Source: Lytechinus pictus (Eukaryota). Taken from it: a stretch of 64,000 nucleotides of DNA. This document shows, one piece after another, positions 37,201 to 51,000 of this stretch. How positions within the stretch are numbered: position 1 is the first letter of the stretch; the number at the start of each line of letters is the position of its first letter. The notes below the pieces were generated by a model that ran no database searches, had not been told where the DNA came from, and saw nothing but the letters and a program-made list of their open reading frames with translations. The stretch spans positions 19,902,001-19,966,000 of the forward strand of contig NC_087255.1 of the NCBI RefSeq assembly GCF_037042905.1. Direction: 5' to 3'. Both the position numbers and the translations under genes were made by a program.

Positions 37201-38718
37201 AGGGCCTGCATATTTTTTCTTAGCCAGATTTCCAAGTGAGAACTGATGTGAAAGGTAAGTACATGTATATCTATTTTTTTCTTTTACAGATCCCCCATTA
37301 CCTTTCCACCTCGCTAGTTGATAGTACAATGGATGCCATATTTTAAAGAGCATACGAACTAGCTGCCTATATAATAGTAGCCCCTGCCACCTAAAGACCC
37401 CAACAACTCATATCTGACCAGGTTCAAGGCATATTTAAATGATAACACACCAATTCACTACTCACTACATTCATATCGCAATAATTATGTTACAAAATAG
37501 CAAAACATGTACTTTATATTTACTCATTTTTTTTCTCTATACACAAGTGAAATCACTTGCATAATTATTCTTTTATCTCAAAAAGCATATTCTAAAACCT
37601 GCTATTTATAACACATAGTCAATGTATTGACAATGATAATGTTTAGGTATTATCTCAAGTGTGACTAAGCAATGAAATCATATATATAGTTATCTTACCC
37701 ACAATAAAATTGTTTTCGTCTTTATCGACGACAGAGGAGAGGAATCCACCATCGAATCCACAGCGTAATATTGATTGTTGCCATGGTAACGGATCGTATA
37801 ATTTATAGCAGTAGCCAGACCTTTCAATCCAGCCGGGAGGACAGTAATTCGAATCTGGAGATTGGATTAAAGACAGCATCAGTAAAACAAAATAAAAATA
37901 ATTAGGATATTAACAATAAACCTTTTGTAATTCTGAAAAGAAAGTAACGAAAAGTTCAAGAAGATATTAATTACCGAATCTTGAATTTTCGTAAAATATA
38001 TGATCTGTTTCTTTTTAAAATATTTTAATGAATACATTTAAATCAGTGGTAAAACGGAATATTATAACTTGAGTTTTCTCATATAATTCAAGAGTCAACT
38101 TCAAAATGTCGACGTTGCGAAGATTTCCAGCAGATTTACTGTTCCTTTTTCAGTAAAATACATAAGATTACGATTATTCTTAATCAAAATTTATCACAAT
38201 GTTTCGCGTTAACCCACTGATTTCCACATAGTATATCCGAGATAAGTAGTCAGCTATCAAGTACATTAATTCTAGTTGAAAGAGTGCCCAACACCTGATT
38301 TTATAGTAACTATACATGTAATGCAATATTCATACCAAAATGGGTAAAATTCAGAGTATATCCAAATCCTGTTTGTCCATCGCTATCACTCATAAACTCT
38401 CCATATATGTTTGGTCCACTGCTTGTTATCGTGATCGGGTTCAGCTCAGAGCACAGGTAGGCGATGATTCTGGCAGATGAATTTGTACCTGAAAAATAAA
38501 GGCGGTGTCGATGGTTAACAAAATGGCTCTTAGACACTAGCGTACCTAAGGGGGGGGGGGGCAAAAACTCATGCAGGGGACGTATCCCTGCCCCCCCCCC
38601 TGACGAATCACAACTAAGAAATAAGAACTAAGAAGTCTTTTTTTTTTGGTTGAAGACCTTTTTTTTTTATTCTCAATTTTTTTTTGGTAAGAAGACCTTT
38701 TTACTACTACTACTTCTT

Positions 38719-38754
<36 letters not shown>

Positions 38755-40146
38755 ATACTACTACTACTACTACTACCACCACCGCCGCCGCCACCACCAC
38801 TACAACTATCACTAGGCTATATAGTGGTGCCAGGATATTCTGATGAGTTTAGGGAAGGGGGCAAGACGATCTTTTCTCCCGAATTTAATAGAATTGAACA
38901 AAGCATAATTTTTTTATTCATTCCCTCATCTCTTCTTTCTTTATATTTATATCGCCCCCCGTCCTTTTTTTTTCTTCACTATTTGAAAAAGTCATAGGGG
39001 TGGTGTCCCCTGTGGAGCCGCCCCGAGTAGGCCTTACCATCTTGTATCACTAAACGATCATTTGCACAGCAGCAAGAAAAGTCCTTGTACACCACTTCTA
39101 GCTGTATCCTTCCTGCAGGCATTGGGCTACTGATGAGCCAAGAGCAGGAGGTGTCCTCGGGGTACGAGTTGGGATGGTTTGGAGAGAAGATTGTCTGAGT
39201 GTCGTTCGAAGCTACAAGGCTTACAGTCCGGCTTTCACATTGGGCTGTGAAGGAATCGAAAATAGACATATATAGGTCCATTATTTAAACATGACTTAAC
39301 ACATGAAAATGAAAATCCATATTTTATGTTCGAAATGGGTATCTGTATAATTGGAATACTCCGAAAATTCAGATTGTCCAATGATCCTGGTCCCGACAGC
39401 CATTGTGCGGCGCCAGAACTACGTTAATGGCTCTTTCACTTAAATCGTTTGATGCCAAACAGGGTAGCAGCAACTTCATCTTCTAACGTCTAATTTATGT
39501 CTGACGCGGCATTCCTTGATTTGACTCCCATCACAATGATGTTCAATAACCTCATCCCAAGAGCGTCTGGTAGAAGTGATCGAACTTACCATCACGATAC
39601 GACATGGGGCATAGCCAGCGAGATAGAGGTGAGGAGGGAAANNNNNNNNNNNNNNNNNNNNNNNNNNNNNNNNNNNNNNNNNNNNNNNNNNNNNNNNNNN
39701 NNNNNNNNNNNNNNNNNNNNNNNNNNNNNNNNNNNNNNNNNNNNNNNNNNNNNNNNNNNNNNNNNNNNNNNNNNGATAATGTCTGTTTGAACTGAAAATT
39801 GAGGCTGTTAAACTTTTGAACAAAAATTTGTTTTTGCTTTTGTTTTTATAATGAAAATCAGAACAGTTCTTTCAGTCAGCTTACCTTCACAGTGACTAAG
39901 CAAAGTTGATAAAATTACGATGCTACTACATTGTAGGATTATTGTTTTCCAGGCTTCCTGCAGTAGTTCGAGAAAAAAAATCGACACAAATCTTTCAGTT
40001 TAAATTGTCTAGGCCTATAAGTCAGAAAGGAGTCACATTTAATACGGAACTATTTGAGACAACACCAACCTGGTGGACTGTACTTTCACGGATGATGATG
40101 ACGATGGTGAATGATGATGATGATGAAGAAGAAGAAGATGATGATG

Positions 40147-40178
<32 letters not shown>

Positions 40179-40669
40179 GATGACAAATTATCATTAAGGA
40201 CGGAATGACGATGACAATAACTCGATAAAGAATGAAATGCTGTTGGTCATCATGATAACTATTCATCGGCCGTTTATGCTGTTTTATTATTGATTTGATG
40301 ATATCATTACAAGCAAGAGTTATATATACCGGAAGTCGTAGGCCCTACTAATATCATAATGATCAGTACAGCATTCTGTAAAATCTATATAGGTCTATCT
40401 TTTAAAGTTCAGATTCTTTTTATACGCACGTTATAGAGTTGTTCACTCTATTTTGGGCCAGGTGATGATTATCATCTTATCAATAAAAATCAATGCTGTA
40501 AACGGTATAGTAGGTCTATGACACAAATCTTTAACAAATAATATCTGTACAAAACAACCATAATTTACACAGTATCCTCTTTAAAAAAGAAATAAAAGAA
40601 ATTTCCATATTAACTAACCTGGTTAAGAATCCTGCCTTTGAAGACCGTCGCTGTTTTCCTACTCTGCAT
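34293..40669 (-). CDS. Type I membrane protein: signal peptide - CUB - C-type lectin-like domain - TM - Cys-rich/PY-motif tail (~491 aa)
   Basis: Exons on -: 40669-40619, 39957-39885, 39244-39038, 38488-38336, 37854-37699, 36732-36642, 35694-35576, 34918-34293. All GT-AG and phase-consistent. CUB motifs SPNHPNSYP..CSWLI and FMSD..GF; CTL motifs CPPGW..GYCY, VWLGL, WQWLDG, C..LKFICK. The first two exons are less certain, and an N-gap lies in intron 2. Confidence 0.82.
39642..39774. other. Assembly gap (133 N)
   Basis: N run. Confidence 1.
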
Positions 40670-41400
40670 TCTTAAACGATGATTGTTGGAAATGGTTGGA
40701 AAATCAAAAGCCAGTCACCAAAGATTTCCAAAGAGGTACATAAGATATTAAAGTAAACATAATTATAGACGACACGAGAAAGTGTTTTTTTTTTTTCGTT
40801 ATTATTTCGCACAGCCGAATATCTTATACTGAACAAACGCGAATATGCACTGATGTCCTATGCATAATTATGTAGTCCTTCTGATATGCATGCGAGCTGT
40901 ATGTTCACACATTTTAGAATACAAAACTTTGTAAATTATGAAGACGATCATCTCGACCGATGAATCCGAGGATGCTTATCCACAATATCCTTTCGCTTAT
41001 TAGCTTTTAACAAGATAGGCCTATATTTAAAAATTTAAAAACATCCTTGAGCCAGCTTCCAGTTTGGAATGGGTATGGATACCCGAAATCTAGTCACTAT
41101 ACAGTATTGTGCAATACCGGTTGCCGCAGTGCTGATTCTACACTGTCATATGAGCGCCCATATACGTTATTGATTTCATTGCTTGCCTTTTATCCCTATA
41201 GGTCGGAAAAGCTTCAAGTGATTGTGTATGTGCTGTGGAAATAATGCCTATTGTTATTGAGATAACCCGACGTCACACTATAATGCGATATGGTTTGGTG
41301 AACAGGAAAGTCATTTATAGTTTCCTGGGAATTGTTTTGTTTTTGTTTTTTTACTTTGCGATTTCCCTTTTTTTTGGGGGGGGGGGTACGTGTAAATTCC

Positions 41401-41934
41401 CCCGGGGGGGGCCACTTCGATCCATTGACGAGTGGATACCATGCGCGACCATGAGGTCTCGAAAAGCACCCTAAACACGTATTTTCCATATTCTGAAAAT
41501 GCACCCCTTAACAAGTATTGGCGTGTGAAACCCTACCCTTAACAAGTATTGGAAACAAAACGATACTCTTGGAAAGTAGTCCCTGAAATGAACCCCTAAA
41601 CAAGTACAGCAATATTTTATTGTTATATGTCACGGGTCCGTTGGTCGTCGGTTTTACCTACATTGGTAAATCGGACTCTAAACACGTAATGTTTGGGGCA
41701 AAAAGGACATCCTTTATAAAACACATTAAATTTGTTTTATCATCCCCGCAAATTTGACCCTAAATACGTAGCTTTCCTAGCAAAATAGATACCCTTTTTT
41801 CATTATTTTAGTGTTTTTGACACCCTTATCACGTTACGTACGTAACGTGCCCTTTCTTGAAAAAGACATCCTTTTTACGTGTTTTTTTGGTCGCGCATGG
41901 TATCCACTCGTCAATGTAAGTGGCCCCCCCCGGG
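41401..41934. mobile_element. Complete 534-bp MITE with ~50-bp TIRs and 8-bp TSD
   Basis: TAAATTCC flanks both sides (41393-41400, 41935-41942). TIRs cccggggggggccactt..cattgacgagtggataccatgcgcgacca and its reverse complement. Confidence 0.92.
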
Positions 41935-44900
41935 TAAATTCCATAATGTTAGACCCGACATCTGGGCATGACTCTAAATAGGGTAAACAGTACTACGCCC
42001 GTGGCCTTTGCCAGAATATCCTATAAGTTTTCCCTTTCAACTGTTCCTCTCCCGCCCCCTCTCCTCCCCCACAGCTCTCTCTCTCTCTCTCACTCACACA
42101 CTTACACACACACCCTCATACACTCTCCCTCTCTCCGATCCCCCTCTGTCTCCATGAACCTATATAGCTGCTACTGCATAAACATAGGCCTAAAGGGGCA
42201 AAGTCAACTAAAAAGCACTGGGTCGCTTAATTTCTAACAAATTAAGGCACACATTAGCCCTGGGTTTCTTTCTCCACTCTATTTGAGTTCCGATTTAAGT
42301 TGTGGGGGAATAGTTCCTGGATCTCCCAAAATCTGTGAAATGTTCGGTTTAGCCCGGCCCTGTTTTCCCATTTCCGCCATCATCCGTGCATCCGTGTATT
42401 ATGTATATGCAGAAGTCATGTCGGACAAATAGTATTATATAAGCAACGGTGTAAAGTAATTTTTATAATGTTCTCCTTCCACCTTTTTGTTGCGTTTCAG
42501 CATTCATTGGTAGAGCATGATGGGGAATGGAACCCCCCCCCCCCTTACCAAATTTGACACGAATCGGTGGTTGCCCAATGTTTAGCCATAGGCATAAATC
42601 ATTTTCATATTTTACATATTTTTCTTCCATCTTGTTGGCAGTCTAATTCCTTGTTCGATTTCTTTCTTTTTGTCATATTTCCCCTTTCACACAAATAATA
42701 TCATGCCAAAGTTAGATCTTCATTTTGACTCAAAGATATACAGAAATTCCAGTTTATGCCGCATTTCTCTCAAATATATTTAATTAATTGATATTTAACC
42801 TGGTTATTGTAATTGAATTAAGGTTGGGGTGTAAGCAAATCTTAATCTTTAATTTCAATATCTGTGTGCGTTTTAAATAGTTGTATATACATGTAGTAGT
42901 AAAATGCATTCATTAAAACAAACAACAAATAAAATAAATTCGTTATTAATCAATCATCTGGCAGCCCGAAGGCTACATGAAGCTTACATTGATAAAGATT
43001 TAAGTTATAGTTACATTATTTACATTTCGAAAGTCGTACAATTACTGTAACAGTTAAAATAAACACGATTCAGTAATATATTAAGACTATAAGAACTTAA
43101 TACGAATTACAACTTAATATCAAGGGATGAAAGAGTAGTGTGAAGAAAGAGAGCAAGGAAAAATATAAATGAAAGAGGGAACGAGAGAGAGAGAATAGGA
43201 GCCCGGCATAAGAGAAAGGGATGAACCATGGGGTGGGGAGATGTGAACGAGATGGTTTGAATGAGTTGGATGAAGAAACGATCGAGAAGAAAATAATACG
43301 CGAAGTGTGAGTAGGCCGGTAAGAGTAGGCCGGTGTTGCAAGAAAATATTTGCGATCAATTGCAAATATTCTGTTGCAATTTTACAACTGATAGATCAAC
43401 GTTAGCTGTAGCAAATCAGATTAAACTTCTTGTTTCAAGGAGCAGATTAGCAATCAATCACTTATTTGCAATTAACTGCAAGACATATGATTGATTTAGG
43501 GACCAAAAATAGACTTGCAATTGATCGCAAGTCTCTTGCAACACCCCATTAGGGATGCTTCACAAATAAAAATACAGTATACTTGGTGAATTAGTGGGGG
43601 GGGGGGTGAAGGAGGGAAAAAAGAGAGAAAAGATTGAGGGAGAAACCCCGCCCCCCCCCCAAAAAAAAAAAATAATAATAATAATAATATTTTTTTTTAT
43701 AACTGCATTCAATGTAATATTAGATATATTTGTATCAGTCATATGCACAATATTAATCATAATGTATAGCATAGTAACACCGGCCTATACCAGGGGCGGA
43801 AATCTCTCCCAAATGATAGGGGGACAATTAAGGGCTAGAAAATTTGACAAGCAAAAAAAAAAGGTTATCACCCCAAATTTAAGGTCAATTCGACGAAAAT
43901 AAATTTGACAAGCAAAAAAAAAAGGTTATCATCCCAAAAGTCCTTAAATCTATAATTATGTTATATATATATTATATTTTGTCTTGTAGTATTTTCGACC
44001 TTGTTATGTTATGTTTATATGTTTATCATATTATGTACAATTGTGAAACGGAAATGAATAAATCAAATCAAATCAAATCAAATCAAAGGTCATTTCGTCC
44101 CAAAATACATGTTTTATTTCGATTTTGAATGATGTATTTCTTACCATCATAAACTAAAATCCAAAAATAGTAGGGGGACATTTGATATTGTGTCCCCCCT
44201 ACTATTTTGACTAGGGGGACACGTCCCCCCTGGGATTTCCGCCCATGGCCTATACAGAAGCACAGTGGAAAATAAGGGAAGGAAAAACAGACAGGAAAGA
44301 AAGAAAATGGTGAAGGAAGAAGAGAGGGATCATACAAAGCATTCATAAAAAAATGCAATTATACATGAAAAATGAAGATTGAATAAAAAAAAACACCTGC
44401 GTGTCCATGAACAAATTATGCTTCAGGGTTTATTGGGTTTTTGTTTTGTTATTGTTATTTTTTTCACCACGGTGGAAAAAAAGGATTGGATTCCCATATT
44501 TAGTTTCATTTGAGTATTGCTTTAAATGAAATTTGGGGATTCAAGGAAATCTTAGCTTATTTTTTTTTTAAGTTTGTTTTTTGCTTGTGTTTTAAATTAT
44601 TTTTTCAGGGTTTACTTTTGTTAATTCGTTTTTGTTTTTTTTTCTCCATGGTTAAAAGGGATTTGGTTCCTTTTCTCATTAAAAAAAATTACTTCGACAT
44701 TGCCTTGTTTTGAATAAGTTGGGAAATTTTAGTTATTAACAAAATGATTATTTCTTTCTAATTTTGTTTTTGGCTTTTTCATATAAGTTCTTCAGCGTTT
44801 AATCGTTTTTTATGGTTATTTTTTGCTCATGTGCTTGTGTTTTTCGTTTTTTTTTTTTTTTGGTGACGTTTTATTTGACTTTTTTTCTCCATGGTAAAAA

Positions 44901-45039
44901 AAAGGGATTGGCTTCCCTAGCCTTTTCTTATAAATTTCAGCTGCACGGCCACCATAAGTATAGTCGCGTCCAAAAAATGTTTGTTTGGTCGTCGCTAAGT
45001 CTAGGATTCTCGAAATAAACAAAAATAGAATGAGTTGAT

Positions 45040-48000
45040 ATGGAGCAGTATGAGAAAATTAAAGTAGTTGGAAGAGGGGCATTTGGGTATGTTAATTTCA
45101 TTTTATGTCATTACTTATTAAGAAAATGTTTCTTCATATTTTCGATCGAGAATTTAGTGTGTGGTCCCGTATGCTCATTTTTGTGTCCCCACAACAAGCA
45201 CAACGGCCGTCAAATAAACAATAGTGGGTTTTCGCCCAGCGTCGTACGACGTAGAACGTACGTGTGCAAAAATCGCCAACTTTCATGGAAACAGAGGCCC
45301 GAGCGTTCTTGAGCTCAAATCACGGACGGTTCTTCCGCAAATTAGCGGGCGTCCGCATTAGAACGTAGGATTTGTCAACAGCCGTCAACAGCCAATCAGA
45401 TCGCTTGTAGAGCGAGCAAGCTGAGCCGATCGATGTAAACACATTCGCCCATCGCGTGCATGCACATGTTGTACTCTACTCTGACTACACTGATAGCTGA
45501 AAGCTTCAAAACATGGACTCGAATGCGAGTTTTTCGGTGAGTACCATTTCAATTATACTAAAATCAAGCTAAGTATAATTTCAAAATGTTACAGTAGAAG
45601 TTTAAACGAGTATGATTATTGAAATATGATTGAAAAGCCGTTGCATGGCTCGGTCGACGACGCGACTGCAAGACACATGGCACTGCCAGTTGTGTGCACA
45701 TAGTAGGAACATATACAATGCACATGTTGGCGTGTCAACATTACATGCCAACCATGCCAGCCGGTCGATCCGGCCGCGTTCAGCGATTTGCGAAACTGCT
45801 TACAAGCGAGAGTTGAGCGCGACGGACGCACGAACAAAGAGATCGTTCTACGTCGTAGATAGCGTCGTACGACGCTGGGCGAAAACCCACTAATGACATG
45901 ATAATATGTCTGATCTCTGATTCTATGATGAACAAGGTTATGATATAACCTTGTTCTCTGTTACTGCTCCCTGTGTGGTGAAATAAGGTTGGCATTGTTT
46001 GGCTTATTTTCTCTTTTTCTTTGGGACAAATGCTGGATTTTTTTTACACTGTCGGTTTCCTTTTTTACAATTAGGCCTAGGCCTACAGCCATTTCAGACA
46101 TTAGGCCTATTTATAACTTGGCTCTTTTAGTCTTAAGTAAATTTGATTCTTTAATATTTTTTTCCTTAATTGAAAAATGACAATTCTTGCCATATTACTT
46201 TCCACCAAAAGGCAATAGAGGGCGTACACAAAAATATGCCCAAAATTCAAGTTTCCGAGCGCTCTGCCTCTGGACTGGTGAATACAAAACTTACTCCCAA
46301 GTCACTAATTAAAACTAAATTGCAATTGTATGGAAATTAGTATTTTTGGTCACAAAAGACAAGTTAAAATGTGTGATGTGTACAGCATTTGCATACCATA
46401 GTCCTACCTGTAGATTCTCCACAGGCAGGATGGTTGCAGTGAGCAAGTGCAATAACTGATGATCAAGAGATAAGTGATTGATCACACTTAAGATAGTGAG
46501 ACGTGGCGTTATGTGTAGATTCTGATATAATACAGAAACAGAATACCTGCAGAATGCCTAATTTCATTGCCCATACTTTCATCGCCTTATTATCCTGATC
46601 ATGCTGATGCACTTTTTGTATTCTCCGACTGCTCCAATTCTATAATAATCCATCCTCTGAGGATTCTCTTTATTTTTTCAGTACCGTATACCTTTGTCGC
46701 CGACTGCACGACAAGAAGTTGATCATCATCAAACAAATTCCAGTAGAGCAGATGACCAAAGATGAAAGACAGGCAGCTCTGAATGAAGTGAAAGTTTTGT
46801 CCATGCTGGATCACCCAAACATTATTGAGTACTATGAAAACTTCCTGGAGGACAAAGCCCTCATGATTGTGATGGAGTATGCTGAAGGTTTGTTAGATAG
46901 CAGGAGGAGGAAGAGGAGGAGCAATATATAAATATGAAAATACCTATGCAACTGATAATAATTTATTAGTTTTAAATCATTCTAATTATTTTTTCTTATT
47001 TCTCTTGTTGGTAAACATCCCTAAGTGTCCCACTTCACTTGATGAGGAGGAGGAGGGTGATGATGATAGTGAGGATGATACTGATGAATTATGAATGATA
47101 ATGATGAATTATGATGATGATGATTATGATGATGATGGGGATGATGTTGGTGGTGGTGATGGTGGTAATGAGGATGATAATGATGAGGGTGATGGTGATA
47201 GGATGACAATGGTAATGACGATGATGGTAATGAGGATGATGTTGATGACGATGATGGTAATGAGGATGATGTTGATGACGATGATGGTAATGAGGATGAT
47301 GTTGATGACGATGGTAATGAGGATGATGTTGAGGATGATGTTGATGACGATGATGGTAATGAGGATGATGTTGATGACGATGATGGTAATGAGGATGATG
47401 CTGATAAAGATGATCTAGACTATGAAGATGATTGTTATGATGATGATGACAATGATGGAGATGGAGGATGATATTGATAATGGCCTATGAAGAAGAAGAT
47501 GATGGTGGTGGTGGTGGTGACGAATGAGGAAGATGATAGGGAGGATGATGATGTAGAGGAGCAGGGAGTTTATCATGATGATTGAAATGAGAATTGGTAT
47601 ATTGATGAAAGGCAATGATAGCGATAATGGGAATATTAAGCATTCATCTATTATCGTCCCCTTTTTTTTTTTTTACAAAAGGTGGCACTGTCTTTGAATA
47701 TTTACAACAAAGAGGAAATGCTCTTATCGAAGAGGATGTGAGTATGATTAATGTTTTCTGTAATAAATGTTGATGCACACACATGTGATTGACCTTGTGA
47801 AGCTAAGTCACTCTCTTAAAGTAGTGGAGCTGGTTTGTACGACTTAAGTTGTTCTTTCATTCATAATAGATTATATTGTACTGCATAACTATATCCCAGA
47901 TTTTGCTTTCCATTAAAATTGCCTCTCCATGATGTATGTAAAAAATAATCCCTTTATTAATTGTTATAAATAATAGCTTTAACATTAATTTGTTCCATTT

Positions 48001-51000
48001 TGCACTTATTTTTATATCTAAATGCACATGTAATTATTAAATTCCCTTTTAAGGGAGCTTCAGTCATTTGTATGTTTTTATAGTGGCTTTACCCATGCAA
48101 CATTTCACAGTCACTTTCCCAATTCTTTAATGTTTTGTCTAGATGTAGAAGTGGGAGGATTAGAAGGGAGATTACTCCCTCTGTAAGAGGCTATTATGAT
48201 AAGGTGTCTTTAAAGTAATAATTTTATTGCTCAGATCCTTCTTTCCATGAACATAAATAAAGCTCATTAAAGTGCCGTGGTGTAGCGGTTTTGTTTCTTG
48301 CCTTTTAATCAGAGGGTCGTGTGTTCAAATTCCACTTCAGCTAATAGCGTCCTTTGGCAAGGTGTCATTTCACATTTTGCCACTCTTCACCCAGGTGTTA
48401 AATTGATACCCCATATGATGCAAAAGCGTTTGTAGTATGCCTTGCAATTAAGTATTGGAACTCTTGTATGAATGCTCCCCAGGGAGCAGAGATTTTATGC
48501 CAGCATGCAGGGATGATTGGAGGTAAATAATAATTAGAAAGTAAGACATTTAGAAACACAAATTATTAACTGCTATCTAATTAATATTATTATTATTATC
48601 ATCATTATTATAAATTTTCCCATTTCAACCAATAGGAGGTATTGCGTCTGATGGCACAGATATTGCTGTCCATGAAGCACGTCCACTCAAAACAGATACT
48701 CCATAGAGATCTCAAGACACAGAATATCCTTCTCAATCGAGATCATGACGTCATCAAGATTGGAGACTTTGGGATCTCTAAGATTCTCAGCAGCAAGAGC
48801 AAGGCTTTCACTGTGGTGGGGACGCCCTCGTACATCTCTCCGGAACTCTGCGAAGGAAAACCGTATCCTTTTATGTCCTTCAGTGGCAGTGTAGGAATTA
48901 CACGAGGGCGATGGGCGATTTTTTTTTCCCCTCATGACAGCCCAAATCACCCCTAAAATTCCCCCAAAATGCGTCCTTCGGGGTGACCATTCTTTCTAGA
49001 GTTGCCCCAAGATCTGTTTCAAACAATAATCAAGATTATTTAGAATATCAATATTCTAACTATGGCAGAATAATGATATTTGCTTTTAATGCATAATTGC
49101 TTATTGCCCATAAAAAGTAGCCCTTAAAATGAAAGAATGGTCTCCCCAAATTATGCAATCGCCCCAATGTGGAAAAAAGATATCCCTAAAAAAAAAAAAA
49201 TTATCAACCTTTTCCTCGCTATTGTTGACTACCTTTCAATGGCCCTAACTTGCTTCTGTCAAGCAACACACGAACACAAGAAATAGTGCTGAAATATAAT
49301 TTTTATTGAACTCGTTCATAATCTAATCATATGCTTTGTATTTTGATACACCCAGATTTGTGTAATTGCTTTGAAATTAGTGTTTTCATTTGATTCATCA
49401 TGAATGTATAATCAGTCACTCCACTTTTGAAAATAACCCATGCTTAGTCTTGGGTTTCGGAATCCATACAGGACACCACAAAGAGTTGACTAAAAGGCCA
49501 TGAATAGATGTTATAAGGTGCAATTTGAATTCATAACTCATTATTGCGAACAAATATTATACAAGAGCCCAGTCAATTCCTTGTTTATAAAGCAATTTAC
49601 CAGCAAGTACAATAATTTGTTTCACTGATTTCTTGTCAGTATTCATTTTCTTCGAAATGTCAAGGTCAGTTTTTCGTTGGACCTATTATTCGTAGTATCT
49701 CTTTCTTTAACTTTAAGTTTTGATGAAGGTACAATCAAAAGAGCGATATGTGGGCAGTTGGCTGTGTACTTTATGAGCTACTTACTCTCAAGAGGGCATT
49801 TGAAGCAAATGTAAGTATCTCATCAAAAAGGTTTAACCCTATCTAGGCCGGGGTATTTTGGGAGATCATATGACCGAGGGGGGGGGGGGCCTCCCAGGCC
49901 CCCCTTTGAGATCTCGGCCGTCACTCGCGCGATCGTGCCAAAAATTGGCACTCAGGTTGTCTTGGACATAATCTAAAAAAATTCTATATTTATTTCATCC
50001 AAATTGCTATTAATTGATTATGCTAATTTATGCATAATTAGTATTCATCTTTTGCTTTGTAATATGTGGCATGTGATACCAACTATTTAAAATGTTCATT
50101 CACTGTTTTGCTCTAGAATCTACCAGCATTGGTGATGAAGATCATGAGGGGTTCTGTGGCCCCTATATCAGACCGATATAGCGACCAGCTCAAACGTCTC
50201 CTCCTTCGCATGCTGCATCTTGATCCTGATAAACGACCTACAATCGACCAGGTCATGGCAGAACCTATCATCTTCAAGGCTGTCGTTGAAGTCTGCATGA
50301 CGATGGGTGCCGTCAAGGTACACCCTAAGTGAGTGTCATCATTCAGTATTTTTATACCCCTGCCAAAATCAGCGTACAGTCGGGCGGTCGTTTGGTCCAT
50401 TGCAAATCTTGCCCATCGAACTACTGCCTCAGTTTTTAAAAAAATTTCATGAATTTGTCTCACACATTGGTTTTGAGGTAAAGATGTGCGAGACTAATAT
50501 TTTGTGTGTGTCGGAAATTGTGTTGCCATAGTAAAAACATATTATATCCCCAAATTAGGTAAAATTTTTCAGTTTTTTTTTTTTTTGAGTCTGTTTAACA
50601 AATTTGGATTGATGAATATTTATATATATATTTTTTTAAATCCAGGGCCCATCCGACCATTGCCTCAAGACCACCCACAGGATCCCAGCGTAGATCAGTC
50701 TCAAGAGTCAGCAGTGCTAGGTCTTCCTCACACAGATGTAAGTTTGAAAACGTATTCTAAAGTTTGGCCTAATTTTCTCCATTGAAGTTTTCAATAATCA
50801 GTTTTGACTTCAGATTTTGACATTGCATCTTTCGCATTGACACTTTTGTTTTTTACAAGCTAGAACCCTTCCGTCCATATGTAACATGTCTGTAATTATC
50901 ACTTGTGAATTTTCTTCTGGTGGCTACTTTGACAGGTGATCTGGCAAATTTGACAGATCACCTGAAAAAAAAACACAACTGTATAGTGCAGATACAACTT

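Noticed and set aside
39476-39823. ORFs spanning the N run
   Set aside because: Artefacts of the gap.
44985-45005. RFX X-box in the NEK8 promoter (gtcgctaag)
   Set aside because: Only a half-site match; plausible for a ciliary gene but not supportable from sequence alone.
47021-47615. His-, Asp- and Met-rich ORFs (also 38546-38997 and 39906-40266)
   Set aside because: Trinucleotide microsatellites within introns.
48273-48345. tRNA gene
   Set aside because: A and B boxes are present but the stems do not pair well and a SINE-like body follows.
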